Positions 44,101 through 57,301 of a stretch of DNA of 64,000 nt are shown piece by piece. Source of the DNA: Macrostomum lignano (lineage: Eukaryota). The stretch lies in contig NIVC01000746.1 of the NCBI GenBank assembly GCA_002269645.1, positions 248,001 through 312,000 of the forward strand, read 5' to 3'. Made by a program: the position numbers and the translations under genes. Numbering within the stretch: position 1 is the stretch's first letter; the number at the start of each line of letters is the position of its first letter. The notes under the pieces are model-generated. The model saw only the letters and a list, made by a program, of their open reading frames with translations, made no database searches and was not told the DNA's origin.

Positions 44101-46781
44101 GGATCGATTCCAAGTGCAGTCACATTAATAATTTGGGGCTAAATTGGAATCCAAACCCCAAGGCACAGTGAAGTGTACATGCCTAACGATAAATAAAGGC
44201 AGGGCCGCTGTACACTCCTGGGTGAGTGTGTACCTGTGCGTATGACTGCGTACGTATCCGCGCGCTTGTGTGCCTGCTCAGGGGAGTCGGAGGAAGGGGC
44301 AGTAATGCCTCTCGCCGGTTGTGCGACAATGTCGCTTAAAGTGCGCCAGGGTGCACACAGCCCCTAAAAAACTAATATCGAATTCATTTATGCCATCGTT
44401 TTTAGTTGCTAAACTGAAACAAAACACGGTAAAAGTCAAAACTCGCCATTGATCCAGCGTACTCGTGCCAATAGGATGCATTCTGATTAAGCAACATCGC
44501 TGATGCTAAGGAGGCCGGCAGGCCGCCTATAGGATTTTTGTTAACTCGGTGGCTTCAAAGTTCGACAGATGCTGCTTTTGCTGCTCTGCTGCGGTTCAAC
44601 TGTTAAAGTCGCCCCGTAACTACGAGTTACGTGTGTTATTGCTCTATACTTTTGAGTTTGCATTTAACCAACATGTACAGATTTTTGTCCATTATATGAG
44701 TCCGCTATCAGATTTAAACCGAGCTTTCCAAATATTAGATATTAGATGACTGGGCCAATCTTCAGAGCGCCTTTGCACCAGGGGCTTTAGCACCAGGGGC
44801 TTTAGCACCAGGGGCTTTAGCACCAGGGGCTTTAGCACCAGGGGCTTTAGCACCAGGGGCTTTAGCACCAGGGGCTTTAGCACCAGGGGCTTTAGCACCA
44901 GGGGCTTTAGCACCAGGGGCTTTAGCACCAGGGGCTTTAGCACCAGGGGCGCCAGCACCAGGGGCGCCAGCACCAGGGGCGCCAGCACCAGGGGCGCCAG
45001 CACCAGGGGCGCCAGCACCAGGGGCGCCAGCACCAGGGCGCCAGCACCAGGGGCTTTAGCACCAGGGGCTTTAGCACCAGGGGCTTTAGCACCAGGGGCT
45101 TTAGCACCAGGGGCTTTAGCACCAGGGGCTTTAGCACCAGGGGCTTTAGCACCAGGGGCGCCAGCACCAGGGGCGCCAGCACCAGGGGCTTTAGCACCAG
45201 GGGCGCCAGCACCAGGGGCGCCAGCACCAGGGGCGCCAGCACCAGGGGCGCCAGCACCAGGGGCGCCAGCACCAGGGGCGCCAGCACCAGGGGCGCCAGC
45301 ACCAGGGGCGCCAGCACCAGGGGCTTTAGCACCAGGGGCTTTAGCACCAGGGGCGCCAGCACCAGGGGCGCCAGCACCAGGGGCGCCAGCACCAGGGGCG
45401 CCAGCACCAGGGGCGCCAGCACCAGGGGCGCCAGCACCAGGGGCGCCAGCACCAGGGGCTTTAGCACCAGGGGCGCCAGCACCAGGGGCGCCAGCACCAG
45501 GGGCGCCAGCACCAGAAGCGCCAGCACCAGGGGCGCCAGCACCAGGGGCGCCAGCACCAGGGGCGCCAGCACCAGGGGCGCCAGCACCAGGGGCGCCAGC
45601 ACCAGGGGCGCCAGCACCAGGGGCGCCAGCACCAGGGGCTTTAGCACCAGGGGCTTTAGCACCAGGGGCTTTAGCACCAGGGGCTTTAGCACCAGGGGCT
45701 TTAGCACCAGGGGCGCCAGCACCAGGGGCGCCAGCACCAGGGCGCCAGCACCAGGGGCGCCAGCACCAGGGGCGCCAGCACCAGGGGCGCCAGCACCAGG
45801 GGCGCCAGCACCAGGGGCTTTAGCACCAGGGGCGCCAGCACCAGGGGCTTTAGCACCAGGGGCTTTAGCACCAGGGGCTTTAGCACCAGGGGCGCCAGCA
45901 CCAGGGGCGCCAGCACCAGGGGCGCCAGCACCAGGGGCGCCAGCACCAGGGGCGCCAGCACCAGGGGCGCCAGCACCAGGGGCGCCAGCACCAGGGGCTT
46001 TAGCACCAGGGGCGCCAGCACCAGGGGCGCCAGCACCAGGGGCGCCAGCACCAGGGGCGCCAGCACCAGAAGCGCCAGCACCAGGGGCGCCAGCACCAGG
46101 GGCGCCAGCACCAGGGGCGCCAGCACCAGGGGCGCCAGCACCAGGGGCGTCAGCACCAGGGGCGCCAGCACCAGGGGCGCCAGCACCAGGGGCGCCAGCA
46201 CCAGGGGCGCCAGCACCAGGGGCGCCAGCACCAGGGGCGCCAGCACCAGGGGCGCCAGCACCAGGGGCGCCAGCACCAGGGGCGCCAGCACCAGGGGCGC
46301 CAGCACCAGGGGCGCCAGCACCAGGGGCGCCAGCACCAGGGGCGCCAGCACCAGGGGCGCCAGCACCAGGGGCGCCAGCACCAGGGGCGCCAGCACCAGG
46401 GACGCCAGCACCAGGGACGCCAGCACCAGGGGCGCCAGCCAGTAGCTAGTGCACGGGTGTTTAAAAATTCCTATTTGAGGAAATTTAATAATATATTAGT
46501 CTAAGCTGTCTGCTTCGATGTGATGTGATTGCTGCACGCAACCCTCTCAAACATTCCCCTTGAACAAACCCGATTGCAGTGAGCAAGATGTGACGCACGC
46601 CAATTCACTGCTTCAAGACGACGACAGCCCGCAGTGCGTTCGGTGCCGCAGTCGCCAACGCAATCGGATCGTGCTACCGTGCGCTCACCTGAAGTTCTGT
46701 CAGGTGTGCGTCAGCGATATGAAGAACTGTCAACTTTGTGGCCGCTATATACTGTGCAATGTACCTGCCTATATAGTGTGA
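41178..46781 (+). CDS. IAP-like locus 3 (BIR-UBA-like-RING); exons 41178-42037 (possible 81-nt intron 41296-41376) and 46580-46781
   Basis: YENRLRSF...CCHC-x15-H-x6-C; VESYGFPE...PGDLIQIL. RING CVRC...VLPCAHLKFCQVC...CQLC...AYIV*. Phase-2 donor at 42037 matches the phase-2 acceptor at 46580. Confidence 0.82.
42413..43019 (+). mobile_element. Non-autonomous Tc1/IS630-like element retaining the HTH DNA-binding region
   Basis: Inverted repeats tgtctatggtaaaaagtgtgtc (42415-42436) / gacacactttttaccatagaca (42996-43017) with TA at the flanks. Internal ORF ISDEKHRLIIDA...IVRWLNVKAKTVASIRRRYKTTG...RRGG; no DDE domain. Confidence 0.7.
44062..44365 (+). mobile_element. SINE family B copy in IAP locus 3 intron
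   Basis: Similar to 865-1182; B-box-like ggatcgattcc. Confidence 0.72.
44776..46438. repeat. 15-bp minisatellite with two unit types (agcaccaggggcttt / agcaccaggggcgcc), ~110 copies
   Basis: Direct inspection; lies in the IAP locus 3 intron. Confidence 0.98.
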
Positions 46782-48630
46782 CTTAGCGACTGTCAGAGAG
46801 CCTGAAACAGACTTCTGCTAGAATTTTAGGTCTAGACTATCCATATGCAGACAACTCATCTTTATTATAAAGGAATATGTGGGCAGCGTGTGCTGGTAAT
46901 TCTGTATTCATGTCTAAGTGCAGACCAACTGCAGCCGGTAACCCCTGCTTACACTTAATTTGTCTAAAGGCAGCTGTAACAGCGTAAGTTGTTGAATTTG
47001 ACGCCATGCCAGATCGAGCCAAAACTTTTTGACGACTAGTGGGCCTATCTGAGTCGTACCTCCCACCCTGTCCGTGCAGGCGCTGCAAAGAGAGAACCCG
47101 AACCCGCCTCCGCAGCCGTATCAGGTCCTGTCGTGACTTTCTTTATAGTTCATCTGCACTTGTCTTTGTTTACTCTCAGGGACTACTCAAACACCGGGAC
47201 GGGAAAATGGGAATTTTTTACGAGGCTGGTCTTGTAGCAGCTGACGAGGCTGACTGGCTTATTTTCATTAAAGCAATGCTGTGCTACTTTGTTGTCTATG
47301 GTTATTTTCTACTGCTGCTAAAAGACCAGCCTCGTAAAAAATTCCTAGTTTCCCGTCCTGGTGTTTGATCGAGTAGTCCCTGTTTACTCTGTTTTCTCTC
47401 CCTCTTTCCAGTTCATGCCAGTGACAGCTAATTATGAGCTACTTCTTACTCTCACGAATAGTTTAGCGACTCCAGTCGCAAACTCCAGTAGTCAAGTCTT
47501 GGACGCTGAGGTCAACGAAAAAAGATGTCGACGAAATCGTTGGTGAGAATGTGTGGCTCACCCCGTATTTCATGGAATTCCTGGTTTCAACAATAGAGAA
47601 CTGAGTTGCGTTCGCTGGGGTGCTGGACTTATTTGCAAAGTTCTTCACTGAGGACGTGACGTGATTACTCAGCTGATGGAAAACACTATTTCCTGAGCTT
47701 GTGAAGAGCTGCAACTCTTCCAACTCTGCTAAGAAAACGAAGTTAAAAATAGTATGCCATTATTTTCTACATGGGAATTGTACGCAAGCCCGAAATTCAA
47801 TGCTACTGGGCAACCAGCAAGTTCCATGACATTCGATCAGCTGTTTTAAGGCGAGACCTGCCTATCACACAACAGATTCTTATTAATGATTTTAATAGAT
47901 GAGTCAATTAAAATTTCGTTTTTGCAATGACACAAAATTAACCTAACAAAGAGATTAATTCGCCTAAAACAAAGCAAGTATTGTCTTGTTAAATTTGTTC
48001 TTATTTAAAGCCTTCATTCGTGGCATAAAAAAAGATACACACTGACGTTTACTCGTATGCTTGGAGTGAAAAAGAAGTTTTTTATCAACAGATTGCTACG
48101 TTTTTGGTTGTATTTTAGTAGAATGTAAGTATTAACCAAACAACCATGTTTACTAAAAAAAACAGAATTTATTAAACTATCATTCAAGATACTGTCACGA
48201 GTTTTGTCGTGGTGAAGAAATACTAGTTGAGACAACACGGCGGTTTGTAGCGGTAGCACTGGCAATATCGCGGCAACAAGTTTGCCGCAGGCTTGTTTAT
48301 TTGAGTAGTAGTCAGATTGACACAAAGGTTAACAGTTTCAATATAGTGGACTACTGTACTGGGCACTGGCGGCAGCGCAACAATGAGTTGAGTTAAGTTG
48401 AAGGCGGTTGAGCACGATGAAGGTGATCCCAAGTAGCGAATGAGCAAACAGTGCGGTGGCACTAGGAGAATAGACAGGCAGTGGAAAGGCGTAAACAGGT
48501 CTGGCTGGCGACTGTGGCGAGACGGGCCCAGACAGGGTGGGCCGTGGCGAGAGATAAGGAGAGAGAGAAGGAACGCCAGGACAGAAGGCACGAAGGAGCG
48601 AAGGAAAGTAAAAAAAACCCCAGCCCGCCG

Positions 48631-50351
48631 GGGATAGCGACGTTTGCCTGCGGGACGTTTGCCAGCCGACGTTTGCCTGCGGGACGTTTGCCAGCCGACA
48701 TTTGCCAGCCGACGTTTGCCAGCCGACGTTTGCCTGCGGGACGTTTGCCAGCCGACGTTTGCCTGCGGGACGTTTGCCAGCCGACATTTGCCAGCCGACG
48801 TTTGCCAGCCGACGTTTGCCAGTGGGACGTTTGCCAGCCGAAGTTTGCCTGCCGGACGTTTGCCAGCCGACGTTTGCCTGCGGGACGTTTGCCAGCCGAC
48901 ATTTGCCAGCCGACGTTTGCCAGCCGACTTTTGCCAGCGGGACGTTTGCCAGCCGAAGTTTGCCTGCCGGACGTTTGCCTGCCGGACGTTTGCCAGCCGA
49001 CGTTTGCCAGCCGACGTTTGCCAGCCGACGTTTGCCAGCCGACGTTTGCCTGCCGGAAGTTTGCCAGCCAAAATTTGCTAGCCAATATAAAGCCAGTCAG
49101 TGAAAAATTTGATACTGAAACATTCGCAGTTTAGCGGTTTGACAAAAACCGTTTTTACTCCAACTTTTTGACGGTTATTCGCATGTATACAAGTTTGAAA
49201 GCAAAATATATAAATTATGCAGTTCATCAGTCTAACGTCTAATATCTAGTTTAACAACGATTTTGGCACAACATATCAAAAGATGAACATTGGGTTTGCC
49301 TCGTATGAAAGCAATAACAATTGTTGTGCTGAAAAGATGAAAACTTCCTATCTCCCTATGGCCTTCAAAACATTTTTCATAGATTTCGAGTGCTGCGTAC
49401 TTCTACTTTAGTAGTCCTTGGCATGACTAAGCTTTGCATACGTAGTGTCTAGCGCTTGCTATCCTACTAGCTTGCCACTGGCGGCTTGTCTGGCTATTCA
49501 GCTATATAGCTTACTATAAAAACGTACCGCATTCGACTCATCTACACATGTACGTTGAGATCGCGGTTTCCTGGCTTACTTGAGTAGGCCTAGTAATACA
49601 ACAGCATTGGAATCAATTTGCTTACTTTTGGATCTCCCAATGAACTGAGAAATATATGAGCCAGAATTACCGCTCAGCAGCTCTTTTTGTTTGCCTCATA
49701 ACTTAATCGCTGGAGATTCCCGTTGTAATCTTCGCGTCTTCTTTCGCACATCAAAAATCAAACATCTCAAACTGGGAAAAACGATACACAATTGACAATT
49801 GTCAAAAGTAAACAATGTTTTCACATTCAAAGAAAATCGTTGTTAAACTGGATATTAGATGTAAATCTATATAAATTGCATAATTTATAGATTTTGCATA
49901 AATTTCATAATTTATATATTTTGCTTTCAAACTTGTATATATGCGAATAACCGTCAAAAAGTTGGAGTAAAAACGGTTTTTGTCAAACCGCTAAACTGCG
50001 AATGTTTCAGTATCAAATTTTTCACTGACTGGCTTTATATTGGCTAGCAAATTTTGGCTGGCAAACTTCCGGCAGGCAAACGTCGGCTGGCAAACGTCGG
50101 CTGGCAAACGTCCGGCAGGCAAACGTCGGCTGGCAAATGTCGGCTGGCAAACGTCCGACTGGCAAACGTCCCGCTGGCAAACGTCGGCTGGCAAATGTCG
50201 GCTGGCAAATGTCGGCTGGCAAACGTCGGCTGGCAAACGTCCCGCAGGCAAACGTCCGGCAGGCAAACGTCGGCTGGCAAATGTCGGCTGGCAAACGTCC
50301 CGCAGGCAAACGTCGGCTGGCAAACGTCCCGCAGGCAAACGTCGTAGACCC
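48631..50351. mobile_element. Mutator-like foldback element (non-autonomous)
   Basis: Begins GGG, ends CCC, flanked by direct repeat agcccgccg (48622-48630, 50352-50360). Inverted arms of ~520-650 bp contain gtttgccagccgac subrepeats plus unique sequence; no ORF in the spacer. Confidence 0.85.
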
Positions 50352-51891
50352 AGCCCGCCGCCAGGCGGTGTCAATAAAGAGCGCAGAAGGGTTAGCATAA
50401 TACACGCGGAGAGCTTTCATTGGCTGGCGGGAGAACTTGAAATTATCGATCGTGCTAGATTTTACAGACGAACGTAAGGTTTACCAAATACACAGTGAAT
50501 TAGCAATTGATACAGATTAGTTGCACGCTACTACAAGTAAACGTTAAAATAAACTATTGGAGAATTTTAAATGAGAAATTGCAAAGGAAACTACAGTTTA
50601 ACGGCCCTTTTGCGGGACCACTTTAAACTAGCAACGTCACAATACTATATATATTTGAAATACGTTTTACCTTTTGGATAGTTTGTGTCTGTGATAAAAA
50701 CGTATTTAAGTAAAGCTTTTCGAGGACTAAGTTAATAATCCGAGCTAGACCTGGCCTCCAACTTTTGCAGTTCCAACTCCAACTTATGCTTTCATCATAG
50801 GTAGGCTGAATTGCCGAAGCTGATATTGACGCCGCACAGGCACTGCTTACACGTTTCACTAGGGCCTGTCCAATTGATGATGACGCCTCCCGTACGGTAT
50901 TGTCGCGTTTCCAGGATAGCAGTTTCGTTGCCATAGACAACGGACAATTCGTTGTCACGTGCTGCGACCGCTGATTCTTTGCATTGTTATGCTGCTTGAG
51001 GATCCTAAAAACAATGATTAATTGTCACAATTTGCGACTCGCAACTACACATTATAGTTTTTGTAGAGCTTCTGTAAAGCTGCACTTTGGGAAGCTTATA
51101 GTCTGTACATGCCTTGGCTAGAATCAGGGAAGCCTCTATGCTCTATTCCATGTTAGCTGCGGTAGCGCAGCGAACCAATAAGATTCCCTGGCTAGAATAT
51201 TCACTATTGCTCATAGTGGCCCTTTATTGATAGCATATTTTTAGTTCCTTGTTCTATGCTAAAAGCTGCACAAGTACGAGCCTTAGTAACTACCCAGCAA
51301 CACTGAAAACCGGCACCCGGTTAGAGCATTGGCAGAGCGATTGACTTCAGCTCACTACACTGCGACTTGCGCAAAGTTTTCTTTTCCAACTCTTGTTCAC
51401 GCGCACTGAGCTTAGGGTGGCAGTTTTCGATTTGTCTGATTATATACAAGTCTAAATAGAAGTTCTCTGTTTGCAAAAGAAAACCGTCTCTAGAGAGTAA
51501 AGAAGTACGGTTTGAATTGCAGCAAGTCTCATGGAGCGCAGCCACTGCATGGACATGTAGAGTTTTTCTCTGTTGCAAATGGCCTATAAGGTAGGTCGTG
51601 AATCTATTTAACATTTTTGAAAATCACAGAATATACACGAAACGATCAATAATGGTTTCTAACTAAAAAAAGACTTAAAATTCGCACAGCCTACTTTCTT
51701 GCTGTGGATTTTCCTAGTAGTAGAAATTAAATTCATGAAAATTGAAACTGCTATAGTAATTTTTGGGCAACAATACAACCCAAATAAGTTACACTTTTCT
51801 TAAAGCTTCGTACGATTCATTTCGTGTTTTTTTTGACATGCACCCTCACAGGTTCCTTCAGAGTTCAAGCAGGAAACTGAAGAACCGATTA

Positions 51892-53673
51892 ATGGCCCGC
51901 GCCAGTCAATCTAGCAACCAAACCAATATTCAGACCCTGACCATCTCGCTACTCTCAGCCAAACAGGCTAAAAAGTCTATTCAAGGGGCAGAAAATAGAG
52001 TTTGGAATTTGGTTCTGGCCGGTTATCTACTAGTTATAATCGGCACTTCAAACAGACCGGATCAGATTATCTTTAATCGCCGTCTTGAGTCATTCAAAGG
52101 CATTATAGAAGCAACTGCAGCAGAAAAGGTGGCCGAGCAGGGGTTTCATTTTGATGGCAGTTGCAGCGCCAGTTGCTGTCACTGCGGCTTCCGAGTTGAG
52201 AAACTGACGGACCGTCTGGAGCAGTGGAAACCGCTTCACCAGCCCAACTGTGAGCTGCTTCAATTGCTGCAGCTCATTGACAAGAAGCCGCCCAACGCTG
52301 AAATTGCTGCTGATGCTAAAAAACACGAAAAACTGATCGACCAGCTTCTATCAGCTCTTCTTGACCCCATCGTTGGACACGTGAAGTCGTACGGCTTTTC
52401 CGAAGGAGACGTCGTCCTGTCCTTGTTGAAACTCATGGTTTTGAAGCAGGCGGCAGGCAGTGACTTGAAATTGACACAGCCGGGAGACCTCATCAAAGTA
52501 ATTCAGGGCATACCGGATGCTCTGCGCACACTGGGTGCCTGGACCGCAGATTTGGTAAAGGCGGCTGCCAGCTGGTGCGTGACCACACCTGCGCAAAACG
52601 AGCGCATCAACTGCTTGAGGTAATTTCTAACATAATACGTTTTCGACTTTTAGTGTTAAAACCTTTTTCAAGGTCTAGGTATCTTTAACACTATGCGACA
52701 AATTAGATTAGCCTCATCGATTCAAATGTTTCAACTGTGCTGGGCGATATTTAGATCCAGATATAGACAGTCGTAGTGCTGTATACCAAGATCCCTACTA
52801 GCCTACGGGGTGAGCGTCCGGACACATGGGCTCTTCGAACCCCTAGGCAACCGAAACAATGAACAGAGCAGCACGCACTCATGTAATTAGCAACAGAAGG
52901 CTTAATTACGAGAGCAGCATGGCACAAGTGCGCCGGAACGCTTTGGTAGGTCTAGCGGGTCTTCTTTCATTATTGAGACTTCGCAGCAAGAGACCCGTTT
53001 TTCCGGCTAAGTGAGAAAAGCCAATCAAATTGCACGACAAAACCCAATACGACAGGGGGGAGGGTTGGGCAACCCAGACCCACCACCCCACCACCGACCC
53101 CATCCCGCACCAGCCAACCACACCTCCTCCTGGGAAAGAAAACATCGAGTCCGCCGCCGAGCCCAGCCAATCAGAACGCAGTGAAGAGCAAATAGTACAA
53201 GAGACACAGAAGCGCCAAGCCAATTGACGGCACGAAAATTGTGATAAGTTAATAACAAGGAGAACTGGGAGAGGAGGGAATTAACCTCGGCAAAGGCTTA
53301 AGCCGAATGACAAATCACATGGAAGGTGCATGGACAAACGCACACAACTAACTGAGTCATCCAAAGACTGAAGGACGGGGTGCACTTACATTGAAACAAA
53401 AGTACAGAACACAACAATACGATCAATGGCCTCGATTTTTTCTTACTCAGAAATTCAGATGACAGGCCAGAGGAGCCGGCCAGAAGCTCCGGCCCGGCTG
53501 CAACGGATTGCGACGACAGCCCGATGTGCAAGAACTGCAGTCAGCGAAGCCTCGACTGCGTTTTGTTGCCTTGCGCGCACCTGAAATACTGCCGGCAATG
53601 CGCGAGAAGCTTCTGCACCTGCCCAGCCTGCGGCAAAGCCATTCTCACTACCATAGGAGCTTTTCTCGGTTGA
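51892..53673 (+). CDS. IAP-like locus 4 (BIR-UBA-like-RING), paralog of locus 3; exons 51892-52619, 53451-53673
   Basis: FNRRLESF...CCHC-x17-H-x3-C; VKSYGFSE...PGDLIKVI. RING exon absent from the ORF track: DDSPMCKNC...VLLPCAHLKYCRQC...CPAC...AFLG*. Phase 2 matches at both junctions; start uncertain. Confidence 0.82.
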
Positions 53674-54009
53674 AGAAAGTAAGCTTCAATTTTCTCAGAC
53701 TGAGGGTGGTATTTTTCGTCACTTTACATACAGGTGTGTTGTAGAGCTGGCACTTTTTTGAGCTCATTTACACCGCCATCAAATGAGACCAGTTTTTTAG
53801 CTGACTACGTGATGATGGGATGAAATATAATAAAAAATATTCAGAGAAGAGTTTTGGGCATCCTGGTGCAATGTCTTCGGCAACGTCGTCTCAATACCAA
53901 TTCAAGCCCGCCAATACAGTACGCAGGCACGCACTCATACACACGCTCACACAGGGTGTACAGCGGTCGTGACTTCATAATCCTGTCAGGCCATGTACTC
54001 TCTCTGTGC

Positions 54010-54770
54010 CGTGGGGGTTGGCTCTCCTGAGGTTGGCTCTCGTAGGGATTGGCTCTCGTGGGGGTTGGCTCTCGTGGGGGGTTGGCTCCCGTGGGGGGTT
54101 GGCTCCCGTGGGGGTTGGCTCTCGTGGGGGGTTGGCTCTCGTAGGGTTGGCTCTCGTGGGGGGTTGGCTCTCGTGGGGGGTTGGCTCCCGTGGGGGTTGG
54201 CTCTCCTGAGGTTGGCTCTCGTGGGAGTTGGCTGTGATGACTTGCTTGAAGTAATTACATGCGGTGAGGCCAGGAACGAGCCCAGAATTCCGATATATTT
54301 CTATAGCTAAAGCCAAAACTTTGTCTCGCACTCCTGTCTACTAACTTGAGTACTTTTAATCGCTGCAATACTTAGAACATAGACAGAGTTATGAAAGTAT
54401 AGGATTTTAAAAACGCAAACAGAAACAATAACATAGTCGATCTACGTCATTGGCTCTCGTAGGGGGTTGGCTCCCGAAGGGGTTGGCCTTCGAAGGGGTT
54501 GGCTCTCGAGGGGGATGGCTTTCGTGGGGGGGGGTTGGCTCTCGTGGGGGTTGGCTCTCGTGGGGGTTGGCTCCCGAAGGTGTTGGCTCTCGAAGGGGTT
54601 GGCTCTCGAGGGGGATGGCTTTCGTGGGGGGGTTGGCTCTCGTGGGGGGTTGCCTCTCGTGGGGGGTTGGCTCCCGAAGGGGTTGGCTCTCAAAGGGTTT
54701 GGATCTCGAGGGGGTTGGCTCTCGTGGGGGGTTGGATCTCGAGGGGGTTGGCTCTCGTGGGGGTTGGCCC
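54010..54770. repeat. G-rich 15-17-bp minisatellite (gggggttggctctcgt) in two blocks (54010-54235, 54447-54770)
   Basis: Direct inspection; ~200-bp unique spacer between the blocks. Confidence 0.93.
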
Positions 54771-55383
54771 TTGTGGGTATGCGACAACCCGAAAATTAAT
54801 GTCGCACTACGAGCGATTTGTACTTTTTAATATTCCTTTTTGTGAAGGGAAACTCCGCTCGTAAACAGATCGTTTCAGGTTGTTATGGATTTTCGTACAT
54901 TTTTTTCGCTCTCTCAGAAACGAAAGCCTTACTTTTTCTCTATTTAAAAGTCATAAAAAGATGCGAATCATTGATACTGTTTGTAAAATCATGTCAATTA
55001 TCATCATCTATTTATTAACTTTTGGTCTTAAAACTCTTATACAAGTACTAAGTAATAAGTAGAAGCATCTTTTCAGCAAAAGTACTTGCCGCCCTCTCTC
55101 TCTCATTTATTCTCGTTGCTAAAGTAAAAAAATCATTGTTATCATTATTATTATTATTGTGAATTATTGCGTAGTCTGCCGCATGCTCTGGTGGTACTAT
55201 GGTGGAGGGCACCCAACATCGATTTTATTTGTTTCTTATGATTGTTTTTTCTTTTGCATTGAACAAAGTTAAGAATCCGTTAGCTTTATTCATGGACTTT
55301 TCTCGCTTAACCGCGTCGGTCTTATTATTTTGGCTCGCAGCGCTTATAATACAATAAGTTTACTAAAATCTTTAAATCTAGAT

Positions 55384-55791
55384 CAGGGGTCGGTGAACTC
55401 CGGCCCGTGAAGCCTCTGGGCCCTCGGGTCCTTTGAGACTCCACAAATTTGGGCCGGCCAAGGTTTGTGCCTCTTCTCTCCCATCACCTCTCTCTCCTCA
55501 CTCCCCTCTTCCCCTCTTCTCTCCCATCTTCCCTCCCTTCTCTCCTCTCTCCCCTCTCTTCTCTCTCTTCTCTACCCTCTCTTCTCTCTCCCCTCTCCTC
55601 TCTACCATCTTCCCTTCTTCTCTTCCTTCTCTCCTCTCTCTCTTTTCTCTCCCCTCTTTTTCTCCTCTTGTCTTCTTTCTTTTCTCTCATCTCTCTTTTT
55701 CTATTCCCTCTTTTTCCTCTTTCATCTGGCTCCTAGTCATGAGCTGGATTCTTCATTTGGACATTGAGATAAAAACGTTTGCCGATCCCTG
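55384..55791. mobile_element. hAT MITE (Charlie/Buster-type) with internal CT-rich tract
   Basis: TIRs caggggtcggtgaact / gtttgccgatccctg; perfect 8-bp TSD atctagat on both sides. Confidence 0.9.
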
Positions 55792-56984
55792 ATCTAGATG
55801 ATGAACCCTAGTCAAAATCAAATGCAAAAGTGCAAGTCACTTTCGCGTCACGACAATTTGAATATTATTTTCAAACATAGAGCCAAAGGAGAGCTCTGGG
55901 TTAAATTTGGTCTTCCCTTGCAACCTTATGGTCTTGCGATTGCAACCAATGTTATAGTCATAATTGTTTTGACCCAAAAGATTACACTGGGTCCCATTTG
56001 TTTTTTTACTCCAACCTGTTTGTTTCGAAATTAGTTAAGAAGTTAGTCAAAGTCAAATCTCAATTGTGTAAAACACTCTAAGCAAGACATTCGCTATAGT
56101 AGTCACGTGACAAGATCTAAACATGTATTTTGAAAAAGTGTTCTATGCGCAAAGTGCACAGTCTTCAATTATAAATTGACTATTAAAGTTGAAAGCAATA
56201 GAAATAATAATAGCATAAAAGTACATACCTAAAAGTACATTAGGCAACGATAAAAAGCATCATAGTTAAATTGATTGTGATTACAGGAAAAACATTGCAC
56301 TAATGCTAGCGTATACATCTTATTAACCGAATAGAAACGAAATTTATTACTATTATATTATTATATAAGTATAGAGAAGGCTACAAGAACTATGAAAGCC
56401 ACATCACTGTACTGACTCGTGGAAGAACGCGACAAACAAGATGATGCCAAGCAAGAGTTGAACACAGTCGCCGACACAGCAAACGCATTTGAATCTATAA
56501 AAAAATTATTACAGATAAAACTCCCATTGATAAAAGTACATACAGTAAAGTGCAAACCAATCTGTGACGTCATCTTTATCACATGAACTTTAAACCAAAG
56601 AATATAAATATAAAATTCGGATTCGGTAGATAAATCATTATAAGACATGGTCGAGTCAAAGGTTGCTGAGAGTAAGTATTAAGCAAAATATGCAACTATG
56701 AATAGAAAATAAAGTAAACCAACATTGGTTGGTAATATCTACCTATAATATATCGAATCGATAAAAATATCAGAACTTAAAAATAAAACCGCTATGCTAA
56801 AGGCACACACAAATTTAAACTTTTTTAATGAATGAATCGCGAAAGCTTATAAATAAAACTTGTTTTAACAAATTCTTCGTGAAGGCACAGCTAGTAAAGA
56901 ATTTATCTGAAAATTGATAAATAATGTAGTGAGTGTAATCAGTGTAAAGGTGACTGGCATGATATACGTTTTCCCACTGAATCA

Positions 56985-57301
56985 ATAAATAATAATAATT
57001 AATTAATAACACCTGCCCTAAGGGGCAGATGTGCAACCAACAGCTCAGCCGCAACCATTGCGCGGCGCATCTGAAGGCTGCGTACGGCTGTTCAGTCCAA
57101 GCACTGGGGAAAGAGGGGCACACACACACACATCCTCAATTACCCCAGCTAATACTGGCACCCATTTTACAGCTGGGTGAACTGAAGCAATGCAGAGCTG
57201 CAGAGTCTTGCTCAAAGACACAAATTGTTTCTAGTGGGATCGGAATCGAACCCCCGACCTTCAAATTGTAAGTCCGACGCTCTAACCATTACGCTACACC
57301 C
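56985..57301 (-). mobile_element. SINE family A (CORE-like) copy
   Basis: Reverse complement matches 30069-30362; ATT-rich tail. Confidence 0.88.

Noticed and set aside
44692-46426. VLAPL / VLKPL ORFs
   Set aside because: Translations of the 15-bp intronic array.
47521-47830. Three in-frame TGA codons as selenocysteine or recoding
   Set aside because: Frameshifts co-occur and no SECIS was recognised; decay is simpler.
53025-53258. Candidate middle exon of IAP locus 4
   Set aside because: The phase-compatible frame hits a stop, and direct 52619-53451 splicing already gives an intact protein.
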